From NCBI GenBank assembly GCA_017619975.1, contig JAFZRH010000031.1:1459-65458 (forward strand): a stretch of 64,000 nucleotides of DNA, written 5' to 3'. A model generated the notes under the pieces. That model made no database searches. It saw nothing but the letters and a program-made list of their open reading frames with translations, and was not told the origin of the DNA. The stretch comes from Lachnospiraceae bacterium. GTDB lineage: Bacteria; Bacillota; Clostridia; Lachnospirales; Lachnospiraceae. The position numbers and the translations under genes were made by a program. Numbering within the stretch: the first letter of the stretch is position 1; the number at the start of each line of letters is the position of its first letter. Positions 1 through 8,359 of this stretch are shown piece by piece.

Positions 1-1
1 G

Positions 2-685
2 ATCGCCCGCCGGCTCTCCGAAGACGGGTACGCGGTCTGCATCAATTACATCGAGCGCCGGGACAAGGCGGAAGAACTGGCTGCGGAGATCGCCGCGGCC
101 GGCGGGCGCGCGTTCTGCTTTCAGGCGGACGTGTCGGACCGCGCCGCCGTGGACGCGATGGCGGCGGAAGTGAAGCACCGCTTCGGCCCCGTCTCTCTGC
201 TGGTCAGCAACGCGGGCATCGCCGGCCAGATGCTGATCCAGGACGTGGGCGACGAGGCCTGGAACCGGTATTTTTCCGTCAACGTGGAGGGCTTCCGCAA
301 CTGCGTGCAGGCGGTGCTGCCGGACATGATCCACGCCAAACAGGGGAGCATCGTCAGCATCTCCTCCATCTGGGGGCTGCGGGGGGCGTCCTGCGAGGCC
401 GTGTACAGCGCCACCAAGCACGCGATCATCGGCCTGACGCGGTCGCTGGCTATGGAACTGGCGCCGTCCGGGATCCGGGTCAACTGCGTGGCGCCCGGCG
501 TCATCGACACGGACATGGTGCAGGTGCTGGGACAGGAAACGCTGGACGAACTGGCGCGGATGACGCCGCTGGGGCGGCTGGGCCGGCCGGAGGACATCGC
601 GGAAGCGGCCGCGTTTATCGGCGGCGAACACGCCTCCTTCATCACGGGCCAGGTCCTGACCGTGGACGGCGGCTTTTCGGGTTAA
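2..685 (+). CDS. Short-chain dehydrogenase/reductase (FabG-like), 5' end cut by window edge
   Basis: Frame 2 is open from base 2 (IARRLSEDGYAVCINY...) and runs into listed ORF 131..685. It has the SDR active-site pattern YSATKHAIIGLTRSLA (YxxxK) and PGVIDTDM. Confidence 0.85.
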   Translation: MARRLSEDGYAVCINYIERRDKAEELAAEIAAAGGRAFCFQADVSDRAAVDAMAAEVKHRFGPVSLLVSNAGIAGQMLIQDVGDEAWNRYFSVNVEGFRNCVQAVLPDMIHAKQGSIVSISSIWGLRGASCEAVYSATKHAIIGLTRSLAMELAPSGIRVNCVAPGVIDTDMVQVLGQETLDELARMTPLGRLGRPEDIAEAAAFIGGEHASFITGQVLTVDGGFSG

Positions 686-697
686 AAGGAGAACAAA

Positions 698-2113
698 ATG
701 TTTGAAAAACTGGATGAACTGAAACCGGCGCTGAAACAGCTGGTGACGGAATTACGGAATGAATACCCCTACGCCAGCGTACTGGCCGTAGACAGCGACG
801 AGCGGGGCTGGGGCGTGAGCCGCAACGGCGCGACCATCACGACGGGCGGTCCGAGCGGCCCGGACACCGGCTTCGTAGTGCGCGTCTTTGATGAGACCGG
901 CTGCGGGGAATACTCGTTCAATGAATTTTCGGCGGAGCGCATCCCGGAGATCTGCCGCACGATCCGCGAGCGTCTGACAGCGCAGAAAAACGCGCTGCCC
1001 GCCGTTGTGTCACCCCTGCCCACGCCCCTGCCGGCGGACGAGCCGGCCGTGCTGAAGCAGGCCACCGCCTACCGCGTCCATCCGCGCGACCTGGGCGACG
1101 AGGAGATCCTGGCCCGCGTCCGCGCCATCCGCGAGGAAGGCCTGAAGACCGAGGGCATCCTGGACGTGTCCTGCCGCGTGAATTACCAGTCCTACCGCAA
1201 GATCTTCCTGAGCGAGCACCGCGACCTGGACCAGACCGTGACCTGGACCACGGCGTACGTGTACGCCATGGCGCGGCGCGACGAGGAGATCAAGGATTAT
1301 TACAAGGGCTTCTCCAACCTGGGCGGCATCGAAGTGCTGGACGAGGTGCGGGGCGGCCTGGACGCCGTGATCCGCGCCACGCTGCAGCTGCTGGACAGCG
1401 AACAGATCCCGCCGGGCGAATACGACTGCGTCTGCGATCCCGAGACCACGGGCATGATCGTCCACGAAGCCTTCGGCCACGGCGTGGAGATGGACATGTT
1501 CGTGAAAGACCGCGCGCTGGCCCGCTCCTGCGTGGGCGGCCCCGTCGCGTCTGAACTGGTGACCATGCACGACGGCAGCGCGATGGACGAAGTCGCGAGC
1601 TTCCTCTTCGACGACGAAGGCACGCTGGCTTCTGACACCGTGATCATCGACCATGGCATCCTGAAGCGCGGCATGTGCGACGCCCTGAGCGCCGCCCGCC
1701 TGGGCACGGAGCCCACCGGCAACGGCCGCCGCGAAAGCTATGAGCGGAAGGCCTACACCCGCATGACCAACACGTATTTCGAGGGCGGCACGGCCTCGCC
1801 GGAGGACATGATTGCCTCCATCGATTACGGTTTCCTGCTGGAGAACCCCTCCTCCGGCATGGAGGACCCCAAGAACTGGGGCATCCAGTGCATGGTCAAC
1901 GTCGCGCGGGAGATCAAAAACGGCGAACTGACCGGCAAGATCTATTCCCCCATCGTGCTGACCGGCTACGTGCCCGACTTGCTCAAGTCCGTCACGATGA
2001 TGAGCCCCGGCGTGCAGCTGGCCGGCGGCGGCTACTGCGGCAAGGGCTACAAGGAATGGGTGAAAGTGTCTGACGGCGGCCCTTACATGAAGGCCCGCAT
2101 CCGGCTGGGATAG
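698..2113 (+). CDS. tldD: TldD-family metallopeptidase
   Basis: 471-aa ORF with AAAGGAG SD upstream of ATG 698. It carries the TldD-type metal site HEAFGHGVEMD and is followed 10 nt later by the usual partner subunit. Confidence 0.85.
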   Translation: MFEKLDELKPALKQLVTELRNEYPYASVLAVDSDERGWGVSRNGATITTGGPSGPDTGFVVRVFDETGCGEYSFNEFSAERIPEICRTIRERLTAQKNALPAVVSPLPTPLPADEPAVLKQATAYRVHPRDLGDEEILARVRAIREEGLKTEGILDVSCRVNYQSYRKIFLSEHRDLDQTVTWTTAYVYAMARRDEEIKDYYKGFSNLGGIEVLDEVRGGLDAVIRATLQLLDSEQIPPGEYDCVCDPETTGMIVHEAFGHGVEMDMFVKDRALARSCVGGPVASELVTMHDGSAMDEVASFLFDDEGTLASDTVIIDHGILKRGMCDALSAARLGTEPTGNGRRESYERKAYTRMTNTYFEGGTASPEDMIASIDYGFLLENPSSGMEDPKNWGIQCMVNVAREIKNGELTGKIYSPIVLTGYVPDLLKSVTMMSPGVQLAGGGYCGKGYKEWVKVSDGGPYMKARIRLG

Positions 2114-2123
2114 GAGGCGCGAA

Positions 2124-3410
2124 ATGATAGAACTGACAGTCCAATTACTGAAAGAACTGGCCCCGGCGGCCTGGCGCATCGAGAAAAGCGAAGAGGAGAC
2201 CGCGGAACTGTTTTTCGTGAAGCGGCAGCTGGACACGCGCCGCCTGAAGGACGTGAGCCGCCTGCGTGTCACCGTCTTCCGGGACGATGAGGACGGCAGC
2301 CGCGGCTTTACCGCCGTCGACCTGACGCCCGGCCTGACCGAAGCGGAGATCCGCAAGAAACTGGAGGAAGGCTACTACGCCGCCGCCTTCGCGATGAACC
2401 CCGGATACCGCCAGCCCGACCCGGTGCAGGCGGCGATCGCCCCCGCGGACACGCCGCTGATGACCCTCCCCTTGAGCGAAAGCGCCGGCCGCATGGCCGC
2501 GGCCCTGCTGGCCGGGGACGACCACCCGCAGGCCTTCCTGAACTCCGCGGAGATCTTCGTGATCCGCACGCATACGCACATCCTGAGCTCCGAGGGCACG
2601 GACGTGTCCTGGTCCGAAGCGCGCGTCAAGGGCGAATTCGTCGCCCAGTGCCGCGAGCCCGAGGACGTGGAGATCTACAAAGATTTCGAATACGACGCCC
2701 TGGAAGAGGCCGCCCTGACCGCTCTGGTCCGCGACACTCTGGCCTTCGCGGCGGACCGCGCCCGCGCGCAGAAAGTCCTCGCGAGCGGCGAATACGACCT
2801 GGTCCTGACCGGCGACAACGTGCGCGAGATCCTGGACTACTACCTGGCCCGCGCGTCCGCCTACATGATCTACCCGGGCTACTCCTCCTGGCAGCGCGGC
2901 ACGCTCGTCCAGCCCGCGGAAAAGGGCTACGAATCCCTGGATCTGAGCCTGCAGGCCTCCGCACCGTTCAGCAGCGAGGGCATCCCGATGAAGGACCGCG
3001 TGCTGCTGGACATGGGCGTCCTGAAGACGATCCCCGGCGTGAACCGCTTCTGCCGTTATCTGGACACGGAACCCACGGGCGAGTACCGGAAGATCCGCTG
3101 CGACAACGAGGGCAGCTGTTCCCTGGCGGAGCTCAAAAAAGGCCCCTGCCTCTGGGCGGTGACCTTCTCGGATTTCCAGCTGGATCCCATGAGCGGCTAT
3201 TTCGGCGGCGAGATCCGCCTGGCTTACCTGATCGGGGAGGACGGCAGCGTGACGCCGGTCACCGGCGGCTCCGTCAGCGCCTCGATCCTCGAAACGCAGG
3301 GCAGACTGCTCCTGTCGCAGGAGCGGTTCACCTCGGCGTGCTATGAAGGCCCGGAGGGCATCCGGTTCCGCGGCGTGTCCGTGGCCGGATCGAAGGAGGC
3401 GGAAGCATAA
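2124..3410 (+). CDS. pmbA: PmbA/TldE-family peptidase partner subunit
   Basis: 428-aa ORF with GGAGG SD. It looks like a TldD/PmbA-family paralogue without the HExxxH site, adjacent to tldD. Confidence 0.78.
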   Translation: MIELTVQLLKELAPAAWRIEKSEEETAELFFVKRQLDTRRLKDVSRLRVTVFRDDEDGSRGFTAVDLTPGLTEAEIRKKLEEGYYAAAFAMNPGYRQPDPVQAAIAPADTPLMTLPLSESAGRMAAALLAGDDHPQAFLNSAEIFVIRTHTHILSSEGTDVSWSEARVKGEFVAQCREPEDVEIYKDFEYDALEEAALTALVRDTLAFAADRARAQKVLASGEYDLVLTGDNVREILDYYLARASAYMIYPGYSSWQRGTLVQPAEKGYESLDLSLQASAPFSSEGIPMKDRVLLDMGVLKTIPGVNRFCRYLDTEPTGEYRKIRCDNEGSCSLAELKKGPCLWAVTFSDFQLDPMSGYFGGEIRLAYLIGEDGSVTPVTGGSVSASILETQGRLLLSQERFTSACYEGPEGIRFRGVSVAGSKEAEA

Positions 3411-4642
3411 TGCAGGAAACGGCGGCCCACAAACACTGGCGGTGGTTTTTCACCCTGTTTCTGACCGTGACGGGCATACTGGCCTGTATCTTTGTACTGC
3501 CCCGCGCGATCGTGTTCTTCTTCCCGTTCGTGATCGGCTGGCTCATCGCCCTGATGGCGTCGCCGCTGGCCCGCTGGCTGGAGAAAAAACTGCACATCAG
3601 GAAAAAAGTCGGCTCCGTGATCGTCGTGGTCCTGGTGCTCGCGGTGATCACGATCGGCATGTATTTCCTGATCAGCCGTCTGATCCGCGAAGTGGTGGAT
3701 TTCATCCCGCAGGCGCCGGCCTATCTGCAGAAACTGCTCGACCTTCTGTCCAAACTGGAGGACTGGCTGGGCGGCATCTTCAAGGGCCTGCCCGAAAACG
3801 TCCGGGAAGCCTTCGACAGCTTCTCCCAGGACGTGCGCGACACGCTGATCTTCGCCGTGCGTGATTTCAGCGCCAATTTCGCAACGACCGTGGGCAATGC
3901 CGCCCTGAGCGTCCCCACGGCGCTGTTCTATACGGTGATCACCATCGTCTGCTCCTTCCTCCTGATCTGGGAGCGGGAGCGCCTCTGGAACGGCTTCTAC
4001 AGCCGCATGCCGGAGAGCGTCCGGAACTTCATCGACATGGGCAAGCAGAGCCTGAAAAAAGCCCTGAGCGGCTATTTCGTGGCACAGCTGAAGATGTCCT
4101 GGATCGTCGCGATCATCGTCCTGGTGGGACTGCTCCTGCTGAAGATCCCCTATGCGCTGCTGCTTTCCCTGCTGATCGCGTTCATCGATTTCCTTCCGAT
4201 CTTCGGTTCCGGGACTGTTCTGTGGCCCTGGGCTCTGGCGGAGGTCACGCAGGGCCGGTACATGATGGCGCTGTGGCTTATGGTGATCTACCTGGCGGTA
4301 CAGGTAGCCCGCAACATCCTCTCGCCCAAATTCATGGGCCAGACGATGGGCCTTTCCGGACTCATGACGATCTTCTCCATGCTGGTCGGCTTCCGTCTGT
4401 ACGGCGTGATCGGCCTGGTCTTCGCTATTCCCGTCGGTATGCTGGTCGTGGAAGTCTGCCAGTATGGCGTATTCAAGCCCGCGATCGGCGTGTTGAAAGA
4501 GATGGCGGCCACGATCGGCGGGTACCTGAAGAAACCGGAGGCGGAACCGGAGATCCGGCCGGAGGAGATGCTGCCGCAGGAAGAGATCCCGGCAGCGGAA
4601 GGGAAAGAAACAGTGCCTGCAGAGGAGGAAACAACGCAATAA
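3410..4642 (+). CDS. AI-2E family transporter (PerM/YtvI-like integral membrane protein)
   Basis: 410 aa; ATG overlaps the pmbA stop (TAATG). It has multiple TM segments, the FIDFLPIFGSGTVLWPWA block typical of AI-2E/YtvI proteins, and an acidic Glu/Pro-rich tail. Confidence 0.8.
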   Translation: MQETAAHKHWRWFFTLFLTVTGILACIFVLPRAIVFFFPFVIGWLIALMASPLARWLEKKLHIRKKVGSVIVVVLVLAVITIGMYFLISRLIREVVDFIPQAPAYLQKLLDLLSKLEDWLGGIFKGLPENVREAFDSFSQDVRDTLIFAVRDFSANFATTVGNAALSVPTALFYTVITIVCSFLLIWERERLWNGFYSRMPESVRNFIDMGKQSLKKALSGYFVAQLKMSWIVAIIVLVGLLLLKIPYALLLSLLIAFIDFLPIFGSGTVLWPWALAEVTQGRYMMALWLMVIYLAVQVARNILSPKFMGQTMGLSGLMTIFSMLVGFRLYGVIGLVFAIPVGMLVVEVCQYGVFKPAIGVLKEMAATIGGYLKKPEAEPEIRPEEMLPQEEIPAAEGKETVPAEEETTQ

Positions 4643-4664
4643 CAGGTGGCTGAAGAACCGTCCC

Positions 4665-4674
4665 TTTGTCATCT
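4665..4674. repeat. Solo copy of GAACCGTCCC core (REP-like family)
   Basis: Exact 10-mer GAACCGTCCC followed by TTTGTCA, in the intergenic gap after ytvI. Confidence 0.6.
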
Positions 4675-4680
4675 TCCCGC

Positions 4681-4721
4681 AAAAAAGACAGAACAGCCGC
4701 ACCGGGCTGCTCTGTCTTTTT
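4681..4721. terminator. Bidirectional intrinsic terminator between convergent genes
   Basis: AAAAAAGACAGAACAGCC-GCACCG-GGCTGCTCTGTCTTTTT: 13-bp stem (1 mismatch) flanked by an A-run and a T-run, between 3410..4642(+) and 4737..5189(-). Confidence 0.75.
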
Positions 4722-4736
4722 GTATGCGGCGGTCCT

Positions 4737-5189
4737 TCACATGACCGCCTGCCCCTCCGTCTTTTCCTTCATGATGTCCCAGTACCGGAACCCGATCCGG
4801 GTGGCCGAGCCTTCGAACCAGATGGCGTCGTAGCTCTTTTTCGGGGGATGGCCGGCTTTTTCCTGCACGCGGCGCGTCCAGTAGCGGGACATGGAGGGCA
4901 GGCCCACGATGAGGGGCATCAGGAAGCCCAGGTAGCAGTTCTGGAAGGCATGGCCCATTTCGTGGTTCTTGATGCGGAGGTCGTCGTCCCGATCCGTCAG
5001 GAAGAACATGCCCCAGGAGGCGCCGCCCCAGTTCTTGCCCGCGTTGAAATAGACGCAGGGGCCCCAGCGGTGCGGCCGGTGGCCGGTGAGCAGCATGGCG
5101 CAGGCAATCAAAAGGCCGCCGACGTTCATCGGCAGGCCCCAGGTGAAGGATAAGAGGTAGAATAAGGATTTACTCCTGAACGGCTTCAT
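4737..5189 (-). CDS. Small membrane protein with HExxH (HEMGH) zincin-like motif
   Basis: 150-aa ORF with hydrophobic N-terminal segments and the NHEMGHAFQ motif. ATG 5189 overlaps the upstream gene by 20 nt. Confidence 0.6.
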   Translation of the reverse strand: MKPFRSKSLFYLLSFTWGLPMNVGGLLIACAMLLTGHRPHRWGPCVYFNAGKNWGGASWGMFFLTDRDDDLRIKNHEMGHAFQNCYLGFLMPLIVGLPSMSRYWTRRVQEKAGHPPKKSYDAIWFEGSATRIGFRYWDIMKEKTEGQAVM

Positions 5190-6507
5190 ACGGATAAATC
5201 AGGATGTGGGGGTCGCCTTCCGGCTTCAGCCACTGCAGCAGGGCAAACAGCGTGGATTCGCGGGTGCCGATGGAACCGTCGGACTCCCGGTCCGTCTGTA
5301 CGTTGAGGAAGATGGAAGTGCCCAGCGCGGGATCGATGGGGGAGGTGTTGTACTGGATCTGCAGGGCGTACTTGAACGCGTCGCTCATGACGCTCAGGTC
5401 GATCGAGCTCTTCCAGTCTTTCTTCACGTCCGCGCCGGCCAGCTGGTTATAATAGGCGGAATCGGGGTCGGTCACCCACTGGTCGCCTTCCCGGATCTGC
5501 TGGTAAGGGATGGCCGTGAACGCGGACGGACCCTGGCCGTAAGCCGGGCCGATGGCGTAATAGCCGCCGGGCGTATTGGAACTGCCCGCGGGCCGGGAAG
5601 TGCTGACGCCGGTGAAACTGATCTCGGCCTTGGCGCCGGGGACAGCGTCCGTCAGGACCCAGTCGTCCCCCGTCTTTTCGAAAAAGTACAGCAGGCATTC
5701 GCCGCCGAAGCTTCCCCGCGCGATGATCAGCTGGGTGCCCTTCAGGTCGGCCTCTTCCATGCCGGCGAGGCGCAGATGGTCCGCGAGGACGGTGAAGTCG
5801 GGGACCCACTCGGTGGAAGGCGCTTCGGTGGTAGGTTCGGTAGTAGGTTCTTCGGTGGTCGGCTCTTCGGTAGTGGGTTCTTCGGTGGTCGGCTCTTCCG
5901 TGGTGGGTTCCTCAGTAGTGGGCTCTTCCGTGGTGGGCTCTTCGGTGGTGGGCTCCTCGGTGGGTTCTTCGCTCGTCTCTTCCGTGGGCTCCTCCGTGAC
6001 ATCCGTTTCGTCCGTCGCGTCGGTGCTTTCGCCGGAGACCGCTTCGGTGGTCGTTTCCTCCGTGTCCTCCGTGGGAGCGGAGGTTTCGGACGTGTCGAGC
6101 GCGGTGGTGGTCAGGACGGGGAGCGTGGGATCATTGGGGGCCTTGGGCGGCGTGGAGGTCAGCGCGTTCACGGGCACGGTAGGGACCGTGGGCAGCTGGG
6201 CCTCGGTGGTGGAGCGGGTCAGGAACGAGAACGGGTTCCAGGTCTCGCCGCGGGAGATCTTATAAATCAGCGAAGTGGACAGATATACCAAAAAGATCAC
6301 CAAAACCGTCCCCAGCAAAAGCAGGAGATTCTGTTTGGTGTTTTTCGGGCGGACAGGAGAAGCGAACTCGTCTTCGGGCGCGGTGTCCGGGTCTTCCGGC
6401 TCCGGCGCGGGCTGCCCCGCTTCCGCTTCGGGGGCGGCCTGCGGGTCTTCCGGTTCCGTTTCGGGCGTCAGGTATTCCTGTTCCGGTGTGGTTTTCTGGT
6501 CTTCCAT
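5170..6507 (-). CDS. Membrane-anchored protein with acidic Pro/Thr/Glu repeat linker and C-terminal L,D-transpeptidase-like domain (catalytic residues substituted)
   Basis: 445 aa. Acidic N-terminus, one TM (LLLLLGTVLVIFLVYLSTSLIY), an EEPTT tandem repeat and a C-terminal block YALQIQYN..GTSIFLNV..SDGSIGT..LLQWLKP..PHILIY. That block resembles the YkuD-type LDT core. Confidence 0.65.
   Translation of the reverse strand: MEDQKTTPEQEYLTPETEPEDPQAAPEAEAGQPAPEPEDPDTAPEDEFASPVRPKNTKQNLLLLLGTVLVIFLVYLSTSLIYKISRGETWNPFSFLTRSTTEAQLPTVPTVPVNALTSTPPKAPNDPTLPVLTTTALDTSETSAPTEDTEETTTEAVSGESTDATDETDVTEEPTEETSEEPTEEPTTEEPTTEEPTTEEPTTEEPTTEEPTTEEPTTEEPTTEPTTEAPSTEWVPDFTVLADHLRLAGMEEADLKGTQLIIARGSFGGECLLYFFEKTGDDWVLTDAVPGAKAEISFTGVSTSRPAGSSNTPGGYYAIGPAYGQGPSAFTAIPYQQIREGDQWVTDPDSAYYNQLAGADVKKDWKSSIDLSVMSDAFKYALQIQYNTSPIDPALGTSIFLNVQTDRESDGSIGTRESTLFALLQWLKPEGDPHILIYPYEAVQE
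5823..5995. repeat. In-frame 15-nt tandem repeat (encodes EEPTT x ~9) inside CDS 5170..6507
   Basis: Repeating GGTGGTSGGYTCTTC units are visible on the + strand. They translate on the - strand as TEEPTTEEPTTEEPTT... Confidence 0.9.
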
Positions 6508-6567
6508 AACAATTCCTTTTTCAGATTGGTCTGACCATTATACAACATAAATCAAAAAAGTGCAAGT

Positions 6568-8349
6568 TTACTCGAACTGGGCGGCATAGAGGCGGTAATA
6601 GGCGCCTTTGGCCCGCATCAGATCGGCGTGCCGGCCCTCCTCGATCACGTCGCCGTGCTCGACCACCAGGATACGGTCGGCCTTCTCGATGGTGCTCAGG
6701 CGGTGCGCGATGACGAACGACGTCTTGCCCGCCATCAGATGGCGCATGGCCGCCTGGACTTCGCGCTCGGTCTCCGTATCCACGTTGGAGGTAGCCTCGT
6801 CCAGGATCAGCATGCGCGCGTCGTACAGCATGGCGCGGGCGATGGTGAGCAGCTGCTTCTGCCCTTTGGAGATATTGCCGCCGTCCTCGGTGATGACCGT
6901 ATCGTAGCCCTGCGGCAGCTGCATAATGGTGTTATGGATGCGCGCGGCTTTGGCGGCGGCGATCACCTCTTCGCGGGTCGCGCCTTCCTTGCCGTAGGCG
7001 ATGTTTTCGAAGATCGTACCGTGGAACAGCCAGGTGTCCTGCAGCACCATCGCGAAGCTGCGGCGCAGCGAATCGCGCGTGATGTGCCGGATCTCGCGGC
7101 CGTCGATGTAAATGGCGCCGTTGTCCACATCATAGAAGCGCATCAGCAGGTTGATGATGGTGGTTTTACCGGCCCCGGTATGCCCCACGATCGCGATGGT
7201 CTTCCCCGCCGGCGCTTCCAGATTGAAGCGCTTTAAGACGGGCTTGCCGGGCACGTAACTGAAGTTCACATCGTGGCATTCGACGTGGCCCTGCACGTCC
7301 GTGAGCGGCTCCGCGTCCGCCAGGTCCGCGGGCTCCTCCGCCTCGTCCAGGAAGCGGAACACGCGCTCGGAAGCGGCCAGCGCGGACATGATCTCGTTGA
7401 AGATGTTCGCGATCTCGTTGATGGGCCCCGAGAATTTGCGCGAGTACAGCACGTACGAGGAGATCACCTCCAGGTTCACGACTCCCTTCACGTACAGGAT
7501 GCCGCCGAACAGGCTCACCAGCGCGAGCCCGAGGTTGTTCACGAAGCCCACCAGCGGGCCGGCAGTCATGGCCACGGACTGCGCGTTGCAGTACGCGTCC
7601 GCCGCCTCCTGATTGATGTGGCGGAAGTCTTCGCAGACGCCGTTCTCGTAGGCGTAAGCCAAAATGGTCTTCTGGCCGCTGAATTTTTCCTCCACGAAGC
7701 CGTTCATCTTGCCGTACGCGGCGCTGCGCTTCGCGAACAGCGGGCGGGAGATGCGGCCGCGCGTGCGGGTGATGACGAAGGCCAGCGGGATCGTGACCAG
7801 CGTGGTGAGCGACAGCCAGGCCGACAGGCGGATCATCATGTACAGCGAACCGACGACGGTCACGACACTGGTCAGGATCTGCACCAGGTCCGTGGCCAGC
7901 GAGGTGGTGAGCACGTCGATGTCGTAGGAGACGCGGCTGATGATGTCGCCGGCCATGTTGCGGTCGAAGTAGGAGACCGGGAGGGAGAGGAGCTTTTTGA
8001 ACACGTCCTTCCGCATGTCGTAGGCCACGCGGCGGCTGATGCGCATCATGGAGATGTTGACGGTCAGCGAGATCAGACCGCTGGCCGCGTAGACGAGCAG
8101 CATCGCAAGCGCGTAATGCCCCACGCGCTCGAAATTGATCTGCCCGATGCCGGCCTCCGCCTCGTGGATGGCCTTGCCCGCCAGGCGCGGCCCCATCAGG
8201 TTGCCGAGGTTGGAGAGCAGCGTCAGGACGACCAGGACGGCCAGGAACCATTTATAGCGCAGCAGATAAGAGAGGATGCGCTTTAAGGCGTTCCTGACGT
8301 CCTTGGGCTTTTCCAGTTTCCCGTTTCTGGGCTGTCCTCCGGGGGGCAT
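6568..8349 (-). CDS. ABC exporter, fused permease/ATPase (heterodimer subunit B)
   Basis: 593 aa. N-terminal 6-TM domain, Walker A GHTGAGKTT, signature ISKGQKQLL, Walker B MLILDEATSNVD. Confidence 0.9.
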   Translation of the reverse strand: MPPGGQPRNGKLEKPKDVRNALKRILSYLLRYKWFLAVLVVLTLLSNLGNLMGPRLAGKAIHEAEAGIGQINFERVGHYALAMLLVYAASGLISLTVNISMMRISRRVAYDMRKDVFKKLLSLPVSYFDRNMAGDIISRVSYDIDVLTTSLATDLVQILTSVVTVVGSLYMMIRLSAWLSLTTLVTIPLAFVITRTRGRISRPLFAKRSAAYGKMNGFVEEKFSGQKTILAYAYENGVCEDFRHINQEAADAYCNAQSVAMTAGPLVGFVNNLGLALVSLFGGILYVKGVVNLEVISSYVLYSRKFSGPINEIANIFNEIMSALAASERVFRFLDEAEEPADLADAEPLTDVQGHVECHDVNFSYVPGKPVLKRFNLEAPAGKTIAIVGHTGAGKTTIINLLMRFYDVDNGAIYIDGREIRHITRDSLRRSFAMVLQDTWLFHGTIFENIAYGKEGATREEVIAAAKAARIHNTIMQLPQGYDTVITEDGGNISKGQKQLLTIARAMLYDARMLILDEATSNVDTETEREVQAAMRHLMAGKTSFVIAHRLSTIEKADRILVVEHGDVIEEGRHADLMRAKGAYYRLYAAQFE

Positions 8350-8359
8350 GGGATTCTCC

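Noticed and set aside
1010-2356. 448-aa ORF on the - strand
   Set aside because: It is fully antisense to tldD and pmbA, which have clear motifs and SD sites. Its Arg/Ala/Gly/His-rich composition is typical of open antisense frames in high-GC DNA.
3341-4702. 453-aa ORF on the - strand
   Set aside because: It is antisense to the AI-2E transporter gene. The sequence is low-complexity Arg/His/Asp-rich, with no SD and no recognisable domain.
5823-5995. Short periodic repeats considered as a possible CRISPR array
   Set aside because: The period is only 15 nt with no spacers. The repeats are in frame inside a CDS and there are no cas genes in the window, so this is a coding tandem repeat.
5206-6534. 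442-aa ORF on the + strand
   Set aside because: It is antisense to CDS 5170..6507. Its Gly/Arg-rich repeats are simply the complement of the EEPTT repeat.
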